From: Auanema rhodensis
Taxonomy: Eukaryota; Animalia; Nematoda
DNA: 64,000 bases
Direction: 5' to 3'
NCBI GenBank assembly: GCA_964057225.1
Contig: OZ059894.1
Location: 13,330,001 to 13,394,000 of the forward strand
The notes below the pieces were generated by a model. The model was not told the origin of the DNA. It saw nothing but the letters and a program-made list of their open reading frames with translations, and searched no databases. Below, in pieces: positions 22,501 to 38,369 of the stretch (position 1 is the first letter of the stretch; every line of letters starts with the position of its first letter). The position numbers and the translations under genes are program-made.

Positions 22501-25500
22501 GAATTTAGATGTTCAGAATGAATTGCGGTCGCCTAAAGAATTCAAATTTGCTTTGCTCAAACTTAGGTAAGAAACCGAAAATTTGTATTCAGTTGAAGGT
22601 CTTAGATTCGAAATTTTTACTCTACATGGATTGGTTAAGCAAGAAGCAGAATCTGATAGTATAGATGTATATCCATTATCAGTGAAATCTTGTACTGCGA
22701 CGGTGGACAGCTGAGACACACCTGGAGTATGCTGTGAAATCTGTCAATTTTAAAAATTACAGTACTCGAATTATCGATTACTTAGAGTACTTTATAACGA
22801 ATCTCATTTATTGGAGCATTGAGCTTCTCTGGCAGAAGCCAATTAATATATACGATATCTGGTGAAATTGGTAAAACTTGAAGTTCACGAGGTGCGGATG
22901 GATAGCCAAATCTAGAGTATTTTTTTCAAATGTTTCAAACATACTTCACATACCCTGTGCGAAATGGTTTTTTCTCACTAACACCAGTGGCTTCGATATA
23001 TCGGTTAGTCCAAGAAACAGATACCTCATAATCTGTTTCTTTATCTAAAATTCCATTTTCAACATGTGTGACACTTGTATAACTTCTTATTTTTTTAATT
23101 TTATCACTATTTTTCTTTGTGAAATATATCTGAAACGGTGTTTCTTAGTTGTACTTTCGCGCGATGAATGGTACCTCATAGTTTACTTCAGGAAATGAAA
23201 CACCTCCACAAATATTCTGTGGTTGTGGTGGTTGAATTTCAAGATATCCTCCTGTTTTTCCTTCATTCTTGATGGTAAATTGGATTCCATATGCAGGAGG
23301 TAGTGTGAAACATGATCGATCTTGAAAGTAGGCAAAATAATAATGAGTAGCTTTTTAAGAATTATGGAAACCTGGAAATGGCTGACTGCTTTGACTAACG
23401 GCTAAAATTTGTCTCAGAGGTGGGTTGATGATTGAAATAGGGACAACATTATCTCGCCCATATATAAGCATTTCAGAGCTTGTAACGAAAACAAACAGTT
23501 TATCAGCAATAGCAAATGCAGACATAGCTCTTAACCCTTTCTCTAAAAAATTTTAAAATAAAATTGTAAGCACTCTTGAGTTGGATCATGTTTCAATATT
23601 ATTACTCATACCTCCAAATTTATTCCAATCAATCCGAACTTCATTGCATTTGCTGTTTTCTTCCAAATCCACCACAATTAAGCCGTTCCAGGTCAAAGCA
23701 TATATTTTTGGAGAAGAAGCTCTATTCCAAGTGAATTCTGAATAATATTTATATGAATTAATAATGTTTAATAACCGTATGTGACATTATGACAAGGACA
23801 TACTCAGGTTATATTATATATAGTATTACACATGCATATACCTGTCATCATCCATGTAACCGTTTGGCTGAACAAGCAGGGTACTGATAAAGCCATGTTC
23901 AACTCAACTCTTTTGCTCAAATTCAAAGAAAATAAGGATCCATTCCGAGTTAGTAGATAAGCAGTACTAAAGTATGACATAATTTTGTGATATAGACCAT
24001 CGAACCTAACTTTTTAAAGGGATCAAACGTGAGTTGTTTTGCATCCGTTGCTCCTGTTGTTAAATCTAACAGCTTGATCGGACTCAGTAATGCTGTTGAT
24101 AGAAACGGGTCAAGATCAACTTGATAAATTGCGCTTCCGGCAACAAATAACAAACGATGAGCAACCCAGTCAGAAGTCATGGCTTCAACTTTAGGTATAT
24201 CACCGCTAATTGATGCCTAAATATAGATGCATACATACATTAGAATTGAAAAACAGAAAATACCTTATGAATAACATTACTAATATCATTAGTATCAATT
24301 TGAGCAAGAACAGGTTGGAATGTGTCTGGCTCCTTTCTAACTGCATACAGATCATTACCAATAAAAGCTATGGCTTGATATTCCATCTAAAAATAATATA
24401 AATATAATATATATAATTTAATATATTCTTTAAGAAAAATATGAGTGAGCTAACGAACTTTGTTTACCAGTGCTATTTGCCGGCGATCACGTTTAACACT
24501 ATCTTCATTACTTATATTTGTTATTGCCATTAAAGCATTTGTTGAATCTATGGCGAATAGGCGTACCAAAGGTTTTAACTCTATAAGTATTGCTGTAAGC
24601 ATTGAGGTGAAAATAATTAGTATACCACTACTATCGATAGATATGGGTGTCGAATAATCTCCAATATTTTTAGGTTCATTCGAAGCTGCTACTTGACATG
24701 TAACCTGAATAAAAGTAAAAAATATTAATTATTTAAAAATAATAGTCATACTGTTCCGCTTTTCACGGAGAAAGAGTAGTGATGGGTACTGCTTGAGACT
24801 GGACCTCCTTGATTTGTACCATCCTCCGTTAAATAAATTCATTATTCAAATTTTAAAAAAGGCAATGAAACCATCAACATATGCGTTTATAACTTTTCAC
24901 TTACTATTCGTGTACAGTTTATAATATATTGAAATGGAGTTCCATTCCATTCTTTAGGTGGATCCCAAAATAAAGAAATTATTGCTCTAGCACCATCTAC
25001 TGTTTTCTTAAAACTTTTCGAGAATTAACCATTTTATAATCTTCTAACCTGTTGAGTGGCAAAAAGTCGTATATTTATAGGGACAGAGGGGGGCTTTACC
25101 GGAGTTTGAAGACCTGTCTGATTAGCAGCCATGGCTAACCATGGAGTTATGGCTAAATATATTATACAGATTATATAATATTACATTTAACAATTAACAC
25201 CTTCAAGTGTAACATCAAATCGTTGCGCACTATCCCACGCTTCAAGTAGTCTTTCTCGTAGAGCTAACTTAGTATCAACCGTTAAATGAATTTCCTTTTC
25301 ATCTGAGCCAAGTTTATCTCTATACAAGGTTACCTAAAATAGAAGAAGAGACTATAGAGAATATTATGTTCACCTACTTTGAATATGCTTTTTCCGATAA
25401 TATGTCTTGGCTCTACAGTCCAAGATATTTCGTATTTTTGATCATCCACATTTTGAGCTATGTCTCCTAAATTTAACTTTTTTATAAAGAATTTCATATT

Positions 25501-28500
25501 ATATCACCTGATAACGTTGCGATGTTGGTTGATTGTTCTCTATTCAATGGTAATATAACATCAATAGATGGAAAAGTGTTATCAACATTAATAGTTCTGA
25601 ACCTCTTGTCTGTAAATCCAACTTTATTCTGAAAATTAAAAAATTGAAGCTTATTAAAAAAATTCTTTGAAATCCACATACATCAGTAGTTAGAAATATC
25701 ATTTTTTCACGAGCAATTAATATTTGTCGCACACTGAAAACAAAAGTTAGTTTTATAACCTAGATGAAGTAAGTATTATACTCTGGAAGGCTATTTGTAG
25801 ATGCTAACAAACGTGAAGAGCGATCATCTTGATCTGTTTCAAATAGATCAACAGTGCCATTTGGATATAGTAAAGTGTAATGAACTTCTCCAGATGAGTC
25901 ATCTGAAGTTAGCCCAATAACCTCCCCACATTCCGATAAAGCAGCACAAGAGTAAAATCGAAAACATTCAGTAAATTATAGGTATTATAGCAAGATTCTT
26001 ACAAATATTCAAATGTTCCTGTTAACCGGAAAACAGCTATTTGATAATGAGATGCAACAATGATTGATGAATATGTAGGAAGCACCGTTAGATGTCGGAT
26101 TGATGAAAACGATATAAGAGCAACAGAGTTGAAAACTTCATTCAAAGGCGATCGAGAGACCACAAGCTGAAAATATATCTTTTTAGATTTTGTATATTCA
26201 AATGGAATTGGTTTTGATCATTTTTTGTTAAGACTTTTCTTTTGTTGTACGTTCTCTTACAGTATATAAACCTGACGTCAGTAATAAGATGTGAGGACAA
26301 CTCAGTAGTAAAATAAAGAGATCAACATTTCTTTTTTGGATCATTTATGCAAACTTACATCATTTTGTGATGCGAAATAAGCTGTTAATGTGGTGTTGTC
26401 TATTGCGAATGGTTTTCGGATATCAATATTCAAAGGAACACCTTAAAAATGAATAAAATGGTTAAAATTCTTGAAATACCTGCAAATTGAACAGCATTTA
26501 TGGGTCGTCCTATAATATCATAACCTTCAACGGATTCAGATGATCGTTTGAGAAAAATGAATGGAATATCTAAAATAGAAGAAACAAAATCTTTTCTGAA
26601 TGTACGCATGTATATTCTAATCATTATAAAATATTCACCAGTAAGTGAAGGAAATGATGTTTCACTATTCTGTTCACTATTTGAACAAATGACATCTATA
26701 CATGTCTGAACATCAACTGAAAAGTCTGTATTTGGTCTAACATTAATAATCTGAAAAATCATGCGGGAGTATTTTAAAGTTTTTGTTATTTTCTACCAAT
26801 TCTGTTTTATTTGTTTGTGATTCGCTTCTTGAACCAGATGTATTGCTTATAATAACCTTATACATTAATTTTCTCCATTCAGCTGCTGAAATAAATATAT
26901 GAAAACTTTTTAATACTATACAAAACCTTGAAATTCTAATTGAGAGGGAGTTCTCCAGCTTATTTTGCAATCTACATCCGTTGTTATAATAGAAACATTC
27001 AAGGGTGGCTCCAATGAGAAAAGAGGAATTCTATCAATACCCATGAAGACGTGATCGACTATTTTTTCCGAAAGTCGATACCTAGCAAAGAGAATTATAG
27101 TAATAAAGAAAGATTTCATGAATTAAATTACCTACTGAAACTGGGTTCATTTGTTTCGCTATCTGCTCCAATATTCAAATCTTTGCCGTCTTCCGAATAA
27201 AAACAAAATTCATCCATGACAGTGTCGCCACACTTTTGTTTTGTCCAAAACATTTTCCCGTGAAGCATTCTTATTCTTTCAACCTAAGTTTGCCATAAGA
27301 CGTAAAAAATGAAAGAAAGAAAGTTACAGATGTATAATGCCGTTGTCTTATTAATGAAACTGATGATGATACTAAATCAACAGCTGCAATCGATCCTAAA
27401 ATTATTTAGAACAATGATTTGATAACAACTCCTTATATTTAAAAAAATATTCACCATTTTTAAGAGCAACTATTAGATGAAATGTATCATAAGTTAATTC
27501 TATAGATGTGGCCGGTGGAATTTCTTAAAAAATATATATTAAGATACTTATCTGAAACAATATAACTACCATTGAATATCTTAATATTTTGAAGTGTATA
27601 TCCTTCAGGTGTAATATAAGGCAACAAATAACTTCGATAAACCTGCTCATCGGCACATAAAAAGTAAAGAAAACTATAAATAATCTCGATGAATAGTAAT
27701 TCGTTAAAAAATATACCCATTAATATAATCAACGGCAATACGTCGGATTGGATTGAGTGAGTCGAAATGTACATAAATTGCACAAGAATTTTGCTCTGAT
27801 ATGTTGCATCGAGTTATTCCTTTTTCACTCAACACAACATAAATGAATTTGTTTGTAGCATCTAAATTTGAAAGTATATCAAATTATCAACAGAATGGTT
27901 ACATACCGTAGCTAATATCCTTAACACTTTCATCGCTTATGCTTCTTATTTGAAATAATTCTGAGTCATCGGTAGTGTTACCAGAATTTAGCCGCATTTT
28001 CCAAACGCCTCCTTTATTACTGCCAACTATCAATTCATTTTCAGATATCCGACACAAAGCTTAAATTAATAGCTATTAAAATATTTTTAAAGTAAATCTA
28101 CCAGATATTGTGTCATCTTCTAGAACAGGTGTAGCGTATACCGTCGGCTCTTCGGACAAAATAAAATCATTGACATCTTTTAATTGAATCAAATGGCTAG
28201 TATTACTAATCAGCAAATGAACAGTATTAGATTCTTCCTCTAATAAATCTATAAATATATTAATCATATGTATAATTGATTGATTTCTAACTCTCTTCTG
28301 CTTTTAACTGGAGAGTATTCGATACAGATGAAACGATGCTATCTTCGTCATCCAGATTATAAATAGTGATATGACAGCAATTTTCTGAATGCAGATTACG
28401 CATTAGAAAACATCTGAAGTAATACAATGATACTGAATAAATTTTCTTCTATTCTTCTTTAAACTATTTTTTACCTGGAACTTGATGCATATTCTGATTG

Positions 28501-30029
28501 TAGAACATTACCATCTAATGCAGCTATTGTTATTTTGTATTTCTAAAAGAAATAAAATAGCATTGTAGAATAAGGACAAATTTATACATTTGTTTTACCA
28601 CCCGTCCAACAAATTGCCAATTTATCTTTTGCCATTTGTGTTTGAGAAATTATTTGTAATCTTGATGTTTGCGATGGAAGCTGAGAACTCAATGGCCTTG
28701 AAACAATATATCGGCCACGATATCCAACTGCTAGTCTAACCTAAAAAGTATCTGTAATGCTAATATGTTTTTAATATTCTTACTTCTACGGTTCCTGTTA
28801 AAACTTTATCAACTATGATTTCAGCATGACTTAAATTTTTAAAAACCTGAATATTTCAAACAAATGTTGTTAAAATTTAATTTAAGTATAATTGAAGAAA
28901 ATTAAAAATTATGAAAAAACTAACATTGGACGGCATCTCGTATGATTTCCATCCTGATTTACTCTTAGATTCTTGGATTTGAGTATACCAAATTATATTT
29001 GAATTAGCAAATTCTTGCACGCGCAGAGCTGTTGCATCCAAGAACTGCCATACTAATCTAACACCATTATCAACAACACTTATAGTAACCGTAACTTCAT
29101 TTAAAACCTCTATAATAAAAGGAATATGTTATAACAAATATTCTGGTACAATTTTAGTCATTATTTTAATATATTTGTTCATTTTATCTGGAAATTAAAT
29201 AATCCAATAAACTCATACCTTGAAGTAAAGATAGAAGCTTATTAGCTACATCTTGACAACCTTGTACACAACTATCATAATTAATTCCTTTCTAAAATAA
29301 AAAAATACATTTTTTTCAACTTTTCAAAGAGAAAAACCTGTGTACAACGTTGAGAACAATTCGTATCCGATTCGTCGAGGTTTTGACAACCTTGATTACA
29401 CTAAAATGATTAGTTTTACATATTTATAATAAGAATGAACAGATATAGTTAATTCTGGTTGATTATATTTAATTAAAAAATTGTTTTTAAAGTGATCATC
29501 AAAAAAACTATGTGATTTAATTTTGAACATTATATATTATATCATATTAAACTTTTTTTACCGAAGAAACTCTACATGGCCAATCACATTCTTCGTACTC
29601 ATTGGCATTCCAAGTAACTTCTCCACGTTTTAAAGGAAAAGCCTGAATACATTTTCATATATCATTAAAAACTATACTTAAACTACAGTCATGTGCGATA
29701 AAATTTGGAGATCATAAAATGAACAAATCTATATACCTCTTTTTAAACCTTAAAATATAAGTTTGAAATTTCGTTTTCAAAATATATATTTAGGAAAAAA
29801 CAATTGATGATAATTATTTAGATATCCAAATTCAGTTTTTTCTTTGTTTTCTGTCGACTTTCATTGCACATGACTGTATTGTATTAAACTCATTCTTCAA
29901 TATAATATTACTAACTAAATTGCCTTCGGAACAGTCATCCATACATGCTTCCGAAGCACTTGAAAATGTAATAGTTGAACATGAAGGAAATACAAAAAAA
30001 AGCTGCAATATTAAACAGAATGTGATCAT
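19514..30029 (-). CDS. rol-3: ROS1/Sevenless-family receptor tyrosine kinase (FN3 + YWTD-like ectodomain, TM, kinase)
   Basis: Signal peptide, then [16 protein letters not shown]|[11 protein letters not shown]...CNQGC, as in ROL-3. Multiple FN3 repeats, [18 protein letters not shown], kinase [16 protein letters not shown]-terminal ESLV*. Confidence 0.9.
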
Positions 30030-30977
30030 TCTACAGACCACATCGAGACCCAACAATCTAAATATTCATGAAAAACAAAGCAAAGTAAGAACCATTGAAG
30101 CTAGAAACAATTTTCGACAAAGAATAAAATTTAATAAACACTAATACAGTTTGTGTAGCCATCAAGACCATCACAAATTTTCTTCATAATGTAAAAGCTG
30201 TAAACTAAAGTAAGAAGAGAGATCATACAAAAACAAAAACGAAAATGAGCCTAGTATCTATCTATAGGGCACTTGAAGGCGAACGATCATGAACGATAAA
30301 CGATCGATTTGGAAAACAGAAGAGATGAACAAGATTGGAATTGAGAAACAGTGGAACAGAAGACAGCAGTGCCGACAATAAAGAAAAGATGCAATTCCTG
30401 AAAAGATGACGATCAAGTTCTCCATATCAGTCGGTTGAGCATGTAAATGATACTGTATTTTCATTTTTTGAAGAATATATGTATATTTCTCAGTAAGTTC
30501 TTTCTTTTCATAATATCATTATTATCATTAAACTATTTATTGGTTTTATTTTTATACAATTTAATATTCTGCGCTAGTCTGAATCAGTTCACACATGTCT
30601 AACTATAACTATTATTATTCATTGATATGTTGTCAAAAATATTACTCTGTATAAATATTATTCAACAAAAAAACTCATTTAAACAAGCTCATTGTAAAAA
30701 AAAGTGAATTAAGGTGTGAGACTGAAATGAGAGTGAGAACTTATAGATAAACGGATTTATGTTGAGTTTTCTCTTTTTAATCTTATACTATTTTATAAAC
30801 ATTGATAGATTTAATAATATGTTATAATTACGATTTTGTCGTTGTGTACCAGAGTATTCTAACATGATATCTCTTGTACATTAGAGAATGACCTTTTAGA
30901 AATGTCGCTATGATATAAAATTGTCATTTATAGGTATCGTACATGATTAATTAACGTGATAAAATAAAACGATATTA

Positions 30978-33110
30978 TTAATATAAGCCACTTTTGTGTA
31001 AATTTTGTTGGATTATCATGGAAATAACTGAATCCAAGATTTTCTGAACTTGATCAGTATCCGTAGCACATGTTTCGTGAATGAAGATGGTCTTCTTTGG
31101 ATTTGCATTCAGAGCTTCAAATCTAGTTTTTATATATTTAATGGAATCCTCGTATGTCTGTGGTCCTATAAATTAAAAAAAATGTTTATGTATATTAGAA
31201 CACACGAACAAACCTTGATATTCTTCAAAAGCTGATCTAATTGATACTCTTGTTATTTTTTCTGCGAATAAATCCTTTTTATTCAAAAATAGAATGATAG
31301 ACGTGTTAATGAACCAACGGCTGTTGCAGATCGATTCAAATAATCGCAAAGATTCTTTCATTCTATTCTAAATATAAAATAGTTTCTAAAGTGCAAATGA
31401 AAAATTGCAGTACTGTAGTCTCATCTTCAAACAATACTTCATCATATTCTGATACAGCAGCTATGTATATGATAGCATTAACATCTTCAAAACAGTGAAT
31501 CCATTTTTTCCTTTCAGATCTCTGACCTCCTACATCAAAAACTCTAAATAAAAATGATTAAGAGTTGCATTTACGGTTTTAACTATTTTACCGGAAATGA
31601 ACTTTTTTGATAATAAAACCAACTTCTACAATTCCGGTTGTTTTTATCCTTGTCAACAAAATATCTTTATCTGTAATCTGATAATTTGGGTCAGCAATCC
31701 GATCAATATTATCAAAGAAACTGAAAAACAAAAAGCAATAAGAGTTTGAATAGTTAGATGCTTACTGTTGACTGCTCTCGTGTAAATGATTCTCTAGTCG
31801 TTTTTCTTCATAAACAGTTCTAACAGCTTTATCTTTCCATAAATTCTATTTAAATATTAATATAACATTATATTCAAAACAAATATTTTACTTTCAAAGC
31901 AGTAGCTAATTCCGCTGTTGGCTGCTCCTCCTCCTTATTTTGTTTGATACACTCTAATACATGGCGTGCATCTGCCTAGAAACATTCAAATTCTCTTCAC
32001 GACCATAATCGTAAAATGACGTAGATATTGCCATTCAAGTTTAGAATAATGAATAACAGATTGAAGGATTAACAACTAAAAACGTACTTCTCTAGCATGA
32101 TCAGAAAGCTGAACATTATACTTTTGCATTGTCTTTAATAGCCCAGCCATAGCTGATATCAGGTTATTATAAACTACCTGAAACACAAAAATCAAATGAA
32201 ACTCGTAAAAATTCGTGGTAATAAACCTTTTTTTGCCATTCCATCTCTTCCTGCGAATATTCTTTCTTATGTAATATTCTCATTTGTTTTAACACAGTAC
32301 TTTTCCCACATTCTCCAGCTCCTGCAATGTTTATACTTTATACGATTATTCACATATCTATTCATCATGCAGGAGTCGTTTTTTAATACAACAAAATACT
32401 TCTAAATGTTGATATATCTTTTTGAAATTTAGGTTGTCATGGTAATAGTTAAAGAACGTAATCAGCATGTTTCTATATAATATACTTTTACATACATAGA
32501 TATGTATAAGCAGAATGTTGTGAACCTATTATAAAAATGTAATTGTCAATAGTTTTAAATTGAAAAAAGTAGATATTATATATTATATATTGATATAAAT
32601 ATATATTTTTTAAACTAATATTTTTTTAATTTAAAATTGATTGTAATTACATGATTATTTATTTCATTAGTATATAATATATAATATATAGTATATACAT
32701 TCTTTTGTGGCTGGACAATAAATGAATATTCCTATGTTATATTTAAATATACATATTCATAGACCAAAGAATTGAGAAAACGTTTTTGATAAATATATAA
32801 AAAAAATTATGGTGAATTATGAATACACATGAAAAATATAAAAGATATATTTGAAACGTATACGAACAGAACAAAAAATATTTTGAGTTTTATTAATTTC
32901 AGGTTTAACGGGTTTGTTCGGAAATATTTTTTGCCATAATTATATTTATGTTCATATATACTATAAAAATTCACATTATTTATTTGACAAACCTAGTAAA
33001 AGTAGCTTTACAGTACGCTCATCATGAGACTGATCATGCTTGATTTGACGGTCAATTTGTCGGCTTTTCTCACCTCTAATTTTTTCTTCTTCACTTTGGC
33101 ATAAACCCAT
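30978..33110 (-). CDS. gpa-2: Heterotrimeric G protein alpha subunit GPA-2
   Basis: [10 protein letters not shown]...ERTVKLLLL|[31 protein letters not shown], and [33 protein letters not shown]. Confidence 0.92.
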
Positions 33111-33757
33111 CTAAATTAAAGTGATATATACATATACAATTCTATGTATTTGAAGAAAAGTGATATAATCACCAAACTATGGTTCATAATTATAAAATTT
33201 GATAATTCTATGTTAATAAAAGTAAAATAATTTTTGAACGAAAACGGGAAACAAAATTGAACGAAAATGATTTTCTTCGAGAATCTTATATACATATGCA
33301 TATTCAAAATTAAGCTAACAAAAGAAACATTTATACGTTATAAATACAAAAAAAATTAGTTTTTTTAAAACAAAATGCCAAAAATATTTTTTTTATATAT
33401 GTATATGTAGATATGCAATCAATTATAGGTATCCAGTACATTCATACATACATACATACAGATATATATGTATTTCATTCAACTATTAGAATATAAAATA
33501 ATTGAAAATGTTGGAAAATATTTTATAATTTTAATATTAGGTAAAATTTTGTTTCATCATTGAGATTAGCGAAAAAAAATCGATAAGATAATAGTAATCA
33601 TGATAGCTTTAATAATAGAGTTGATTATTCAAAATTATTCTCCTCGTTTAAAAAAAATATTTCTGAAATTTCTCAACATTCAGAAAGATGATTGAGCTGA
33701 AGTTAAGTATGAGTGTTTCATCTCATGTTCTATGTAAATTATTGAGTTATATATACG

Positions 33758-33873
<116 letters not shown>

Positions 33874-34515
33874 TATTATATTAACCGTTACACTTATGTT
33901 TCCTTGGTGATCGTACCGATAGATTAGATAAAAGTTTTGTGTGTGAAAATAAAAATAACGATAATTGTTTTTTCAAAAATGATTTAAATCACTCGGAAAA
34001 AATGAAAAAGTCGGAGCTATATCTCTTAGTTAATTAAGTTATTAAATTGAAATAAGCTGACGTATAGAAATAATGATTAATCTACGAATATAACGCTATA
34101 GGCTCAAATAGGTTGGTTTTAATAAAACTAGAATTCATGCTCAAGAAAACAATGATACAAATAGGAATACATATATTGTGATATCACATTTTAAACCTTC
34201 TTTCTTTTTCTGCTGAAAGGAGCTCCACCCATTTTATATATACGAATATCTATGTATAAATACATCTGTTTTACAGTCTAAAGAAACAATGAACATATAA
34301 TTGGTAGAACTGTGATGTTTTTAACAGAAAACAAATTATTTTGTATAGAAGCACACTAATTGGCTCAAAAGTCTATGCTATATAGGCAGATGAATCATTT
34401 GAAAGCACAATACGAATCCCAAAAGCTCCTGTTCAAAATGAGAAAAAGAACGAAATGAGGATAAGAGAAAGAATGAAACAGAAAAGGAAGGGTGTATGCA
34501 TATGAGTAAAAGTAA

Positions 34516-34613
34516 GAGAGAGAAAGATTGGGAGAGATAGAGAGAGATAAAGAGAGATAGAGATAGAGATATAGTGAGAGAAAGAGATAGAGATATGGAG
34601 AGAGAAAGAGAGA

Positions 34614-34699
<86 letters not shown>
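34516..34699. repeat. (GA)n microsatellite with degenerate GA/GATA-rich flank
   Basis: Perfect (GA)n at about 34619-34699, preceded by imperfect GAGATA units. Confidence 0.97.
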
Positions 34700-34703
<4 letters not shown>

Positions 34704-36298
34704 AGAAAGTACTTTTTCCTCGTCTGCTTTAAAAGAAATGGTGTTTCGTTTATTCTTTTATATAACGAATCGTCTTATGCTGGTGCTAAAAGTTTTAATT
34801 AAGAAATGTACTGAAGGCTCGGCCCACAACCCCATCCTCCCTCGTGTTTTCTTCAAGTTCGCACAAGAATGTTAGAAACATAAAATGAGAATTTTGGGTG
34901 TGATACTCACACAATAAGTCTATCTTTCCAAAGAAATATAGAAAATCAAATTAAAAAATAATTAAAAAATAAATAAAACAATGACAAATAGGAAATAAGA
35001 AAACAATTGAAAAATGATAGAGAAGGAACAAGGTAGTCGAAAGTTTTTTTTATAATTTATTGATCTGTAAAATAAACATTTGCTAAAAATTCAAATAAAG
35101 TAATGAACAGAAATCATATACTTCAGAATAAATCTGAATAATATAATCGATTTGGAACGTATAATAATAAAGATATTTCTTTAATATATACTAATACATA
35201 TCATGTAATATATAGTTACATATCTAAAAGCAAAAGTCAAAGAAAGATCGGAATCAAAAGAATAAAACCATATATACATACTAATGAATAAAATAAAGAG
35301 AAGAGGAAAATATATAGAAGGAAAGAAACTTCAGCCGTCAAATATATAATTTTTTCTAGTGAATTACAAGAACTAGCATATTTACGATAGGCAGCTTCTG
35401 CGCCGCAAAAAAGGGTTCGGTTTTAATACGAAGGGATGGGGGGGGAGGAGTAAGAGAAGAATAGTCTGCAAAATAGAATGGTCCTGCTTGGTTTTATTTT
35501 TCAATAATCCCGCCTCTTTTCTGATTTTTTAAATCTTTTGATGTCTTTGGTTGATTTTTCTTGTAAAATATCTCTTCGTTTTGTTGTTACTCATGAGTAC
35601 CTGGCAATTTTGAGAAATATTAAACTTCAACATTGTGACATTTCAGCAAGGTTTGCAAATATCGTTCGAAATTTTCGTCCAATTAAGAGTCATTCAAGCT
35701 ATTATAAGAAACTTTAATAAGATTTTGCATAGGGAAATGTAAATACATTTACTATATTTAGCGTCTATGAATAGATACATGAGGTTTGAGAGGTTAAATG
35801 AAAAAGTAGTTAAACATTCAAAAAATTTAATTAAGAGATGTTAAAGTGAAAAGAAGATCAGAGAAATACAAAAAAGATAGTATTGAAATACTATTCGTAC
35901 TTCGTCAAGTTCTTTATGGCTTACGTTTCTGGCTTATAAAGAGAATGAAAAACATTTTCAAGTTTTCTCAAAATGCTTCGACGGTTTCTATAACAACTAT
36001 CAAGTACACTGACGAAAAATTTGTGACAATGAAATAGCATTAATGCTTTGGAGTGCAGACAAGAAAAACTAAGAAATAGTGAGTACATAAAAGATGAAAA
36101 ATTGTGATTATTTCAAAAATAAACTCATTTGCTTCCATAACATTTTTCAATGTAAAACATGTTTTTGAGAGATGACTAGCTTTATTTCATTTTGAAGAAT
36201 TGTCTAGGTATATACCCAAACATAATAAATTTAAAAAAAGAATTAAATTATACATATGAATAAATTAGATATCATCAAAGCTCGTCTTAGAGCTTAGT

Positions 36299-37816
36299 TC
36301 ACTTTTGGGATACCAGCAACAACACCGCCTTCAATTCCACATTCATCATTTCCACGGAGAATTTTGAAGAAACCTTAAAATAAGGATTATTCATTGAAAA
36401 TAATTTCCTTTTTATGCTATTAACGTATTTAGTATATTTTACCATTCTCTCCCCAATCAGTATTCCATGAATTGGCCAAAAGCCAATATGGAACATCATT
36501 ATGCTCACCCCATCCAATGAGCTTAACAGCGTGACCACCTGCTAATTCACCAGTCACATGCTGAATATAGATTCGTTTAAATAATTATTGAAAAGATTAT
36601 TTATAATTTTATAACCTTATATACTCCTGATTTATAATGGAAAAAGTCTTTATAAACTTCAAAAGCAACTTCAACAGGACCATATGTCATAAGTTCTTTT
36701 TGAATTGCTTCAACATTGTTAGCTACTCCATATGATACCAATCCTATATCATTATTGTTGTTTCTAGATTCCTATGCTATATAGATTACCGTAATGCTTA
36801 TCTTTCTGGAAGTCTTTAAGATAGGTAGTAGAGCATTTCTTTGTACATTTTGGTGTTTCAAAAAGTCCATTTTTACACATATCGAAATGGGTATCGTTTT
36901 GATTTGCGTGACGACATGAAGGGAATGGATATGGTAAACATGTATTCTATAAGTGAACGTAAACTTTTCAAGAATCTCGAAATGTTTTCTAAATTTAATT
37001 GTAATAAAACTACATTGTCTCCATAATCTCCTCCAGACACAAGTCCTTCTGATACCCAATAATCCCATGCTTTGTTTGGATATCCTCCTTGACAACTTGA
37101 AATACTCAAATAAGCTCATGCGTGAAAGCAAACGTGATACCCTTCACCACAATCGAAGCAACAGGCTAGAAGATCATCAGCAGAAATGGAAGGTTTGATT
37201 GTTCCCTTCGATGCAATACAGATTCTATCAGTGATAGCTTCTGCAGCTCCGAAAGCCCAGCAAGAACCTGAACATGCTAACTAAGAACATTGAAGCTGTT
37301 ATTGATCATACCGCAGCTACTTTGATCTCGAACATTCTTAATGGAATCACATTCAGGCCACCAATTTCGAGAATCAAATTCTTTTGGAATTGTTATGTTT
37401 AGATGTCTGTAAAATATAATATATTTACATGATTCTTGATTAGCAAAAACCTAGTTGCACTGAGCTTTCTTTTAGCCTCAATTGGTAAATGAATATTTTT
37501 GACTCCCATTAAACCTTTTTTGGAAAAGTCACTATAACTTGAGAATCTCTCATGCTTTTCAGCCTATATTAATATAATATTTATAGTCAATTTATATAAA
37601 TATATTATTATACCTTCCATAAGTTTTGGTTATTATTGATATAATCAACAATTTGATCATCATTGAGCCCTAAATATACTTTTGATTAATTAGATTAGAA
37701 AAGGATTAATGATCATACCTTCACTTTGTAGAGCAGCCGCTAAAGGTAGACAAACAAAGAAAATAATCTAAATTAAAATTTTCGAAACAAAAAAATAAAA
37801 ACTTGATTCATACCAT
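36299..37816 (-). CDS. Cathepsin B-like cysteine protease (cpr family)
   Basis: [26 protein letters not shown]|[50 protein letters not shown]; the catalytic C/H/N residues are present. Confidence 0.95.
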
Positions 37817-37860
37817 TTTGTTCGCAAATTCAGGTTGTACTCCGAGATATGAACATCTAG

Positions 37861-38369
37861 TATTTATATGAATAAATCTAAGCAAGCTAGTCAAATACTT
37901 TTAAAAAAAAACAAAAAATAGGATGAACAACAACTACTTAATACAACAATATATACTGTAAATAGTTTGTTTATGCCGTAGCTCTTGCGCTAAAAATATA
38001 ATCGTACAGTATAGTTGACATAGTACCGTTAAGTTCACAAAAATGATAAATCATTTATAACTATGTGAAATGTATTAGAAAAATAACTTTAATAAGTGAG
38101 ATCTTGTACTTTTACATAGATTTTTATTATGCAAGACTGGTTCTTATCATAATTTCTCTCTCTCTATATGTATATATATATGTGTATATATAACTAAATC
38201 AAACTTAGTATCAAAAAAATTTTATTTTCTGTACTCAATTCTCCCTCGAGAAGTGTAAATAGATTTATTCCTGAATAATATATCCGCTAAAAGCTGGTTT
38301 GTGAAAAACAATCATCAGACATTCAAAAGGAATGACTTTTATGTATGTTACTGTTTCATATCATGATAA
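37861..38369 (-). promoter_or_regulatory. TATA box plus three TGATAA (GATA/ELT-2 type) sites upstream of cathepsin B
   Basis: TATAAATA on the minus strand at 37861-37868, about 45 nt before the ATG. TGATAA at 38044, 38144 (reverse) and 38364. This layout is typical of nematode intestinal genes. Confidence 0.45.
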
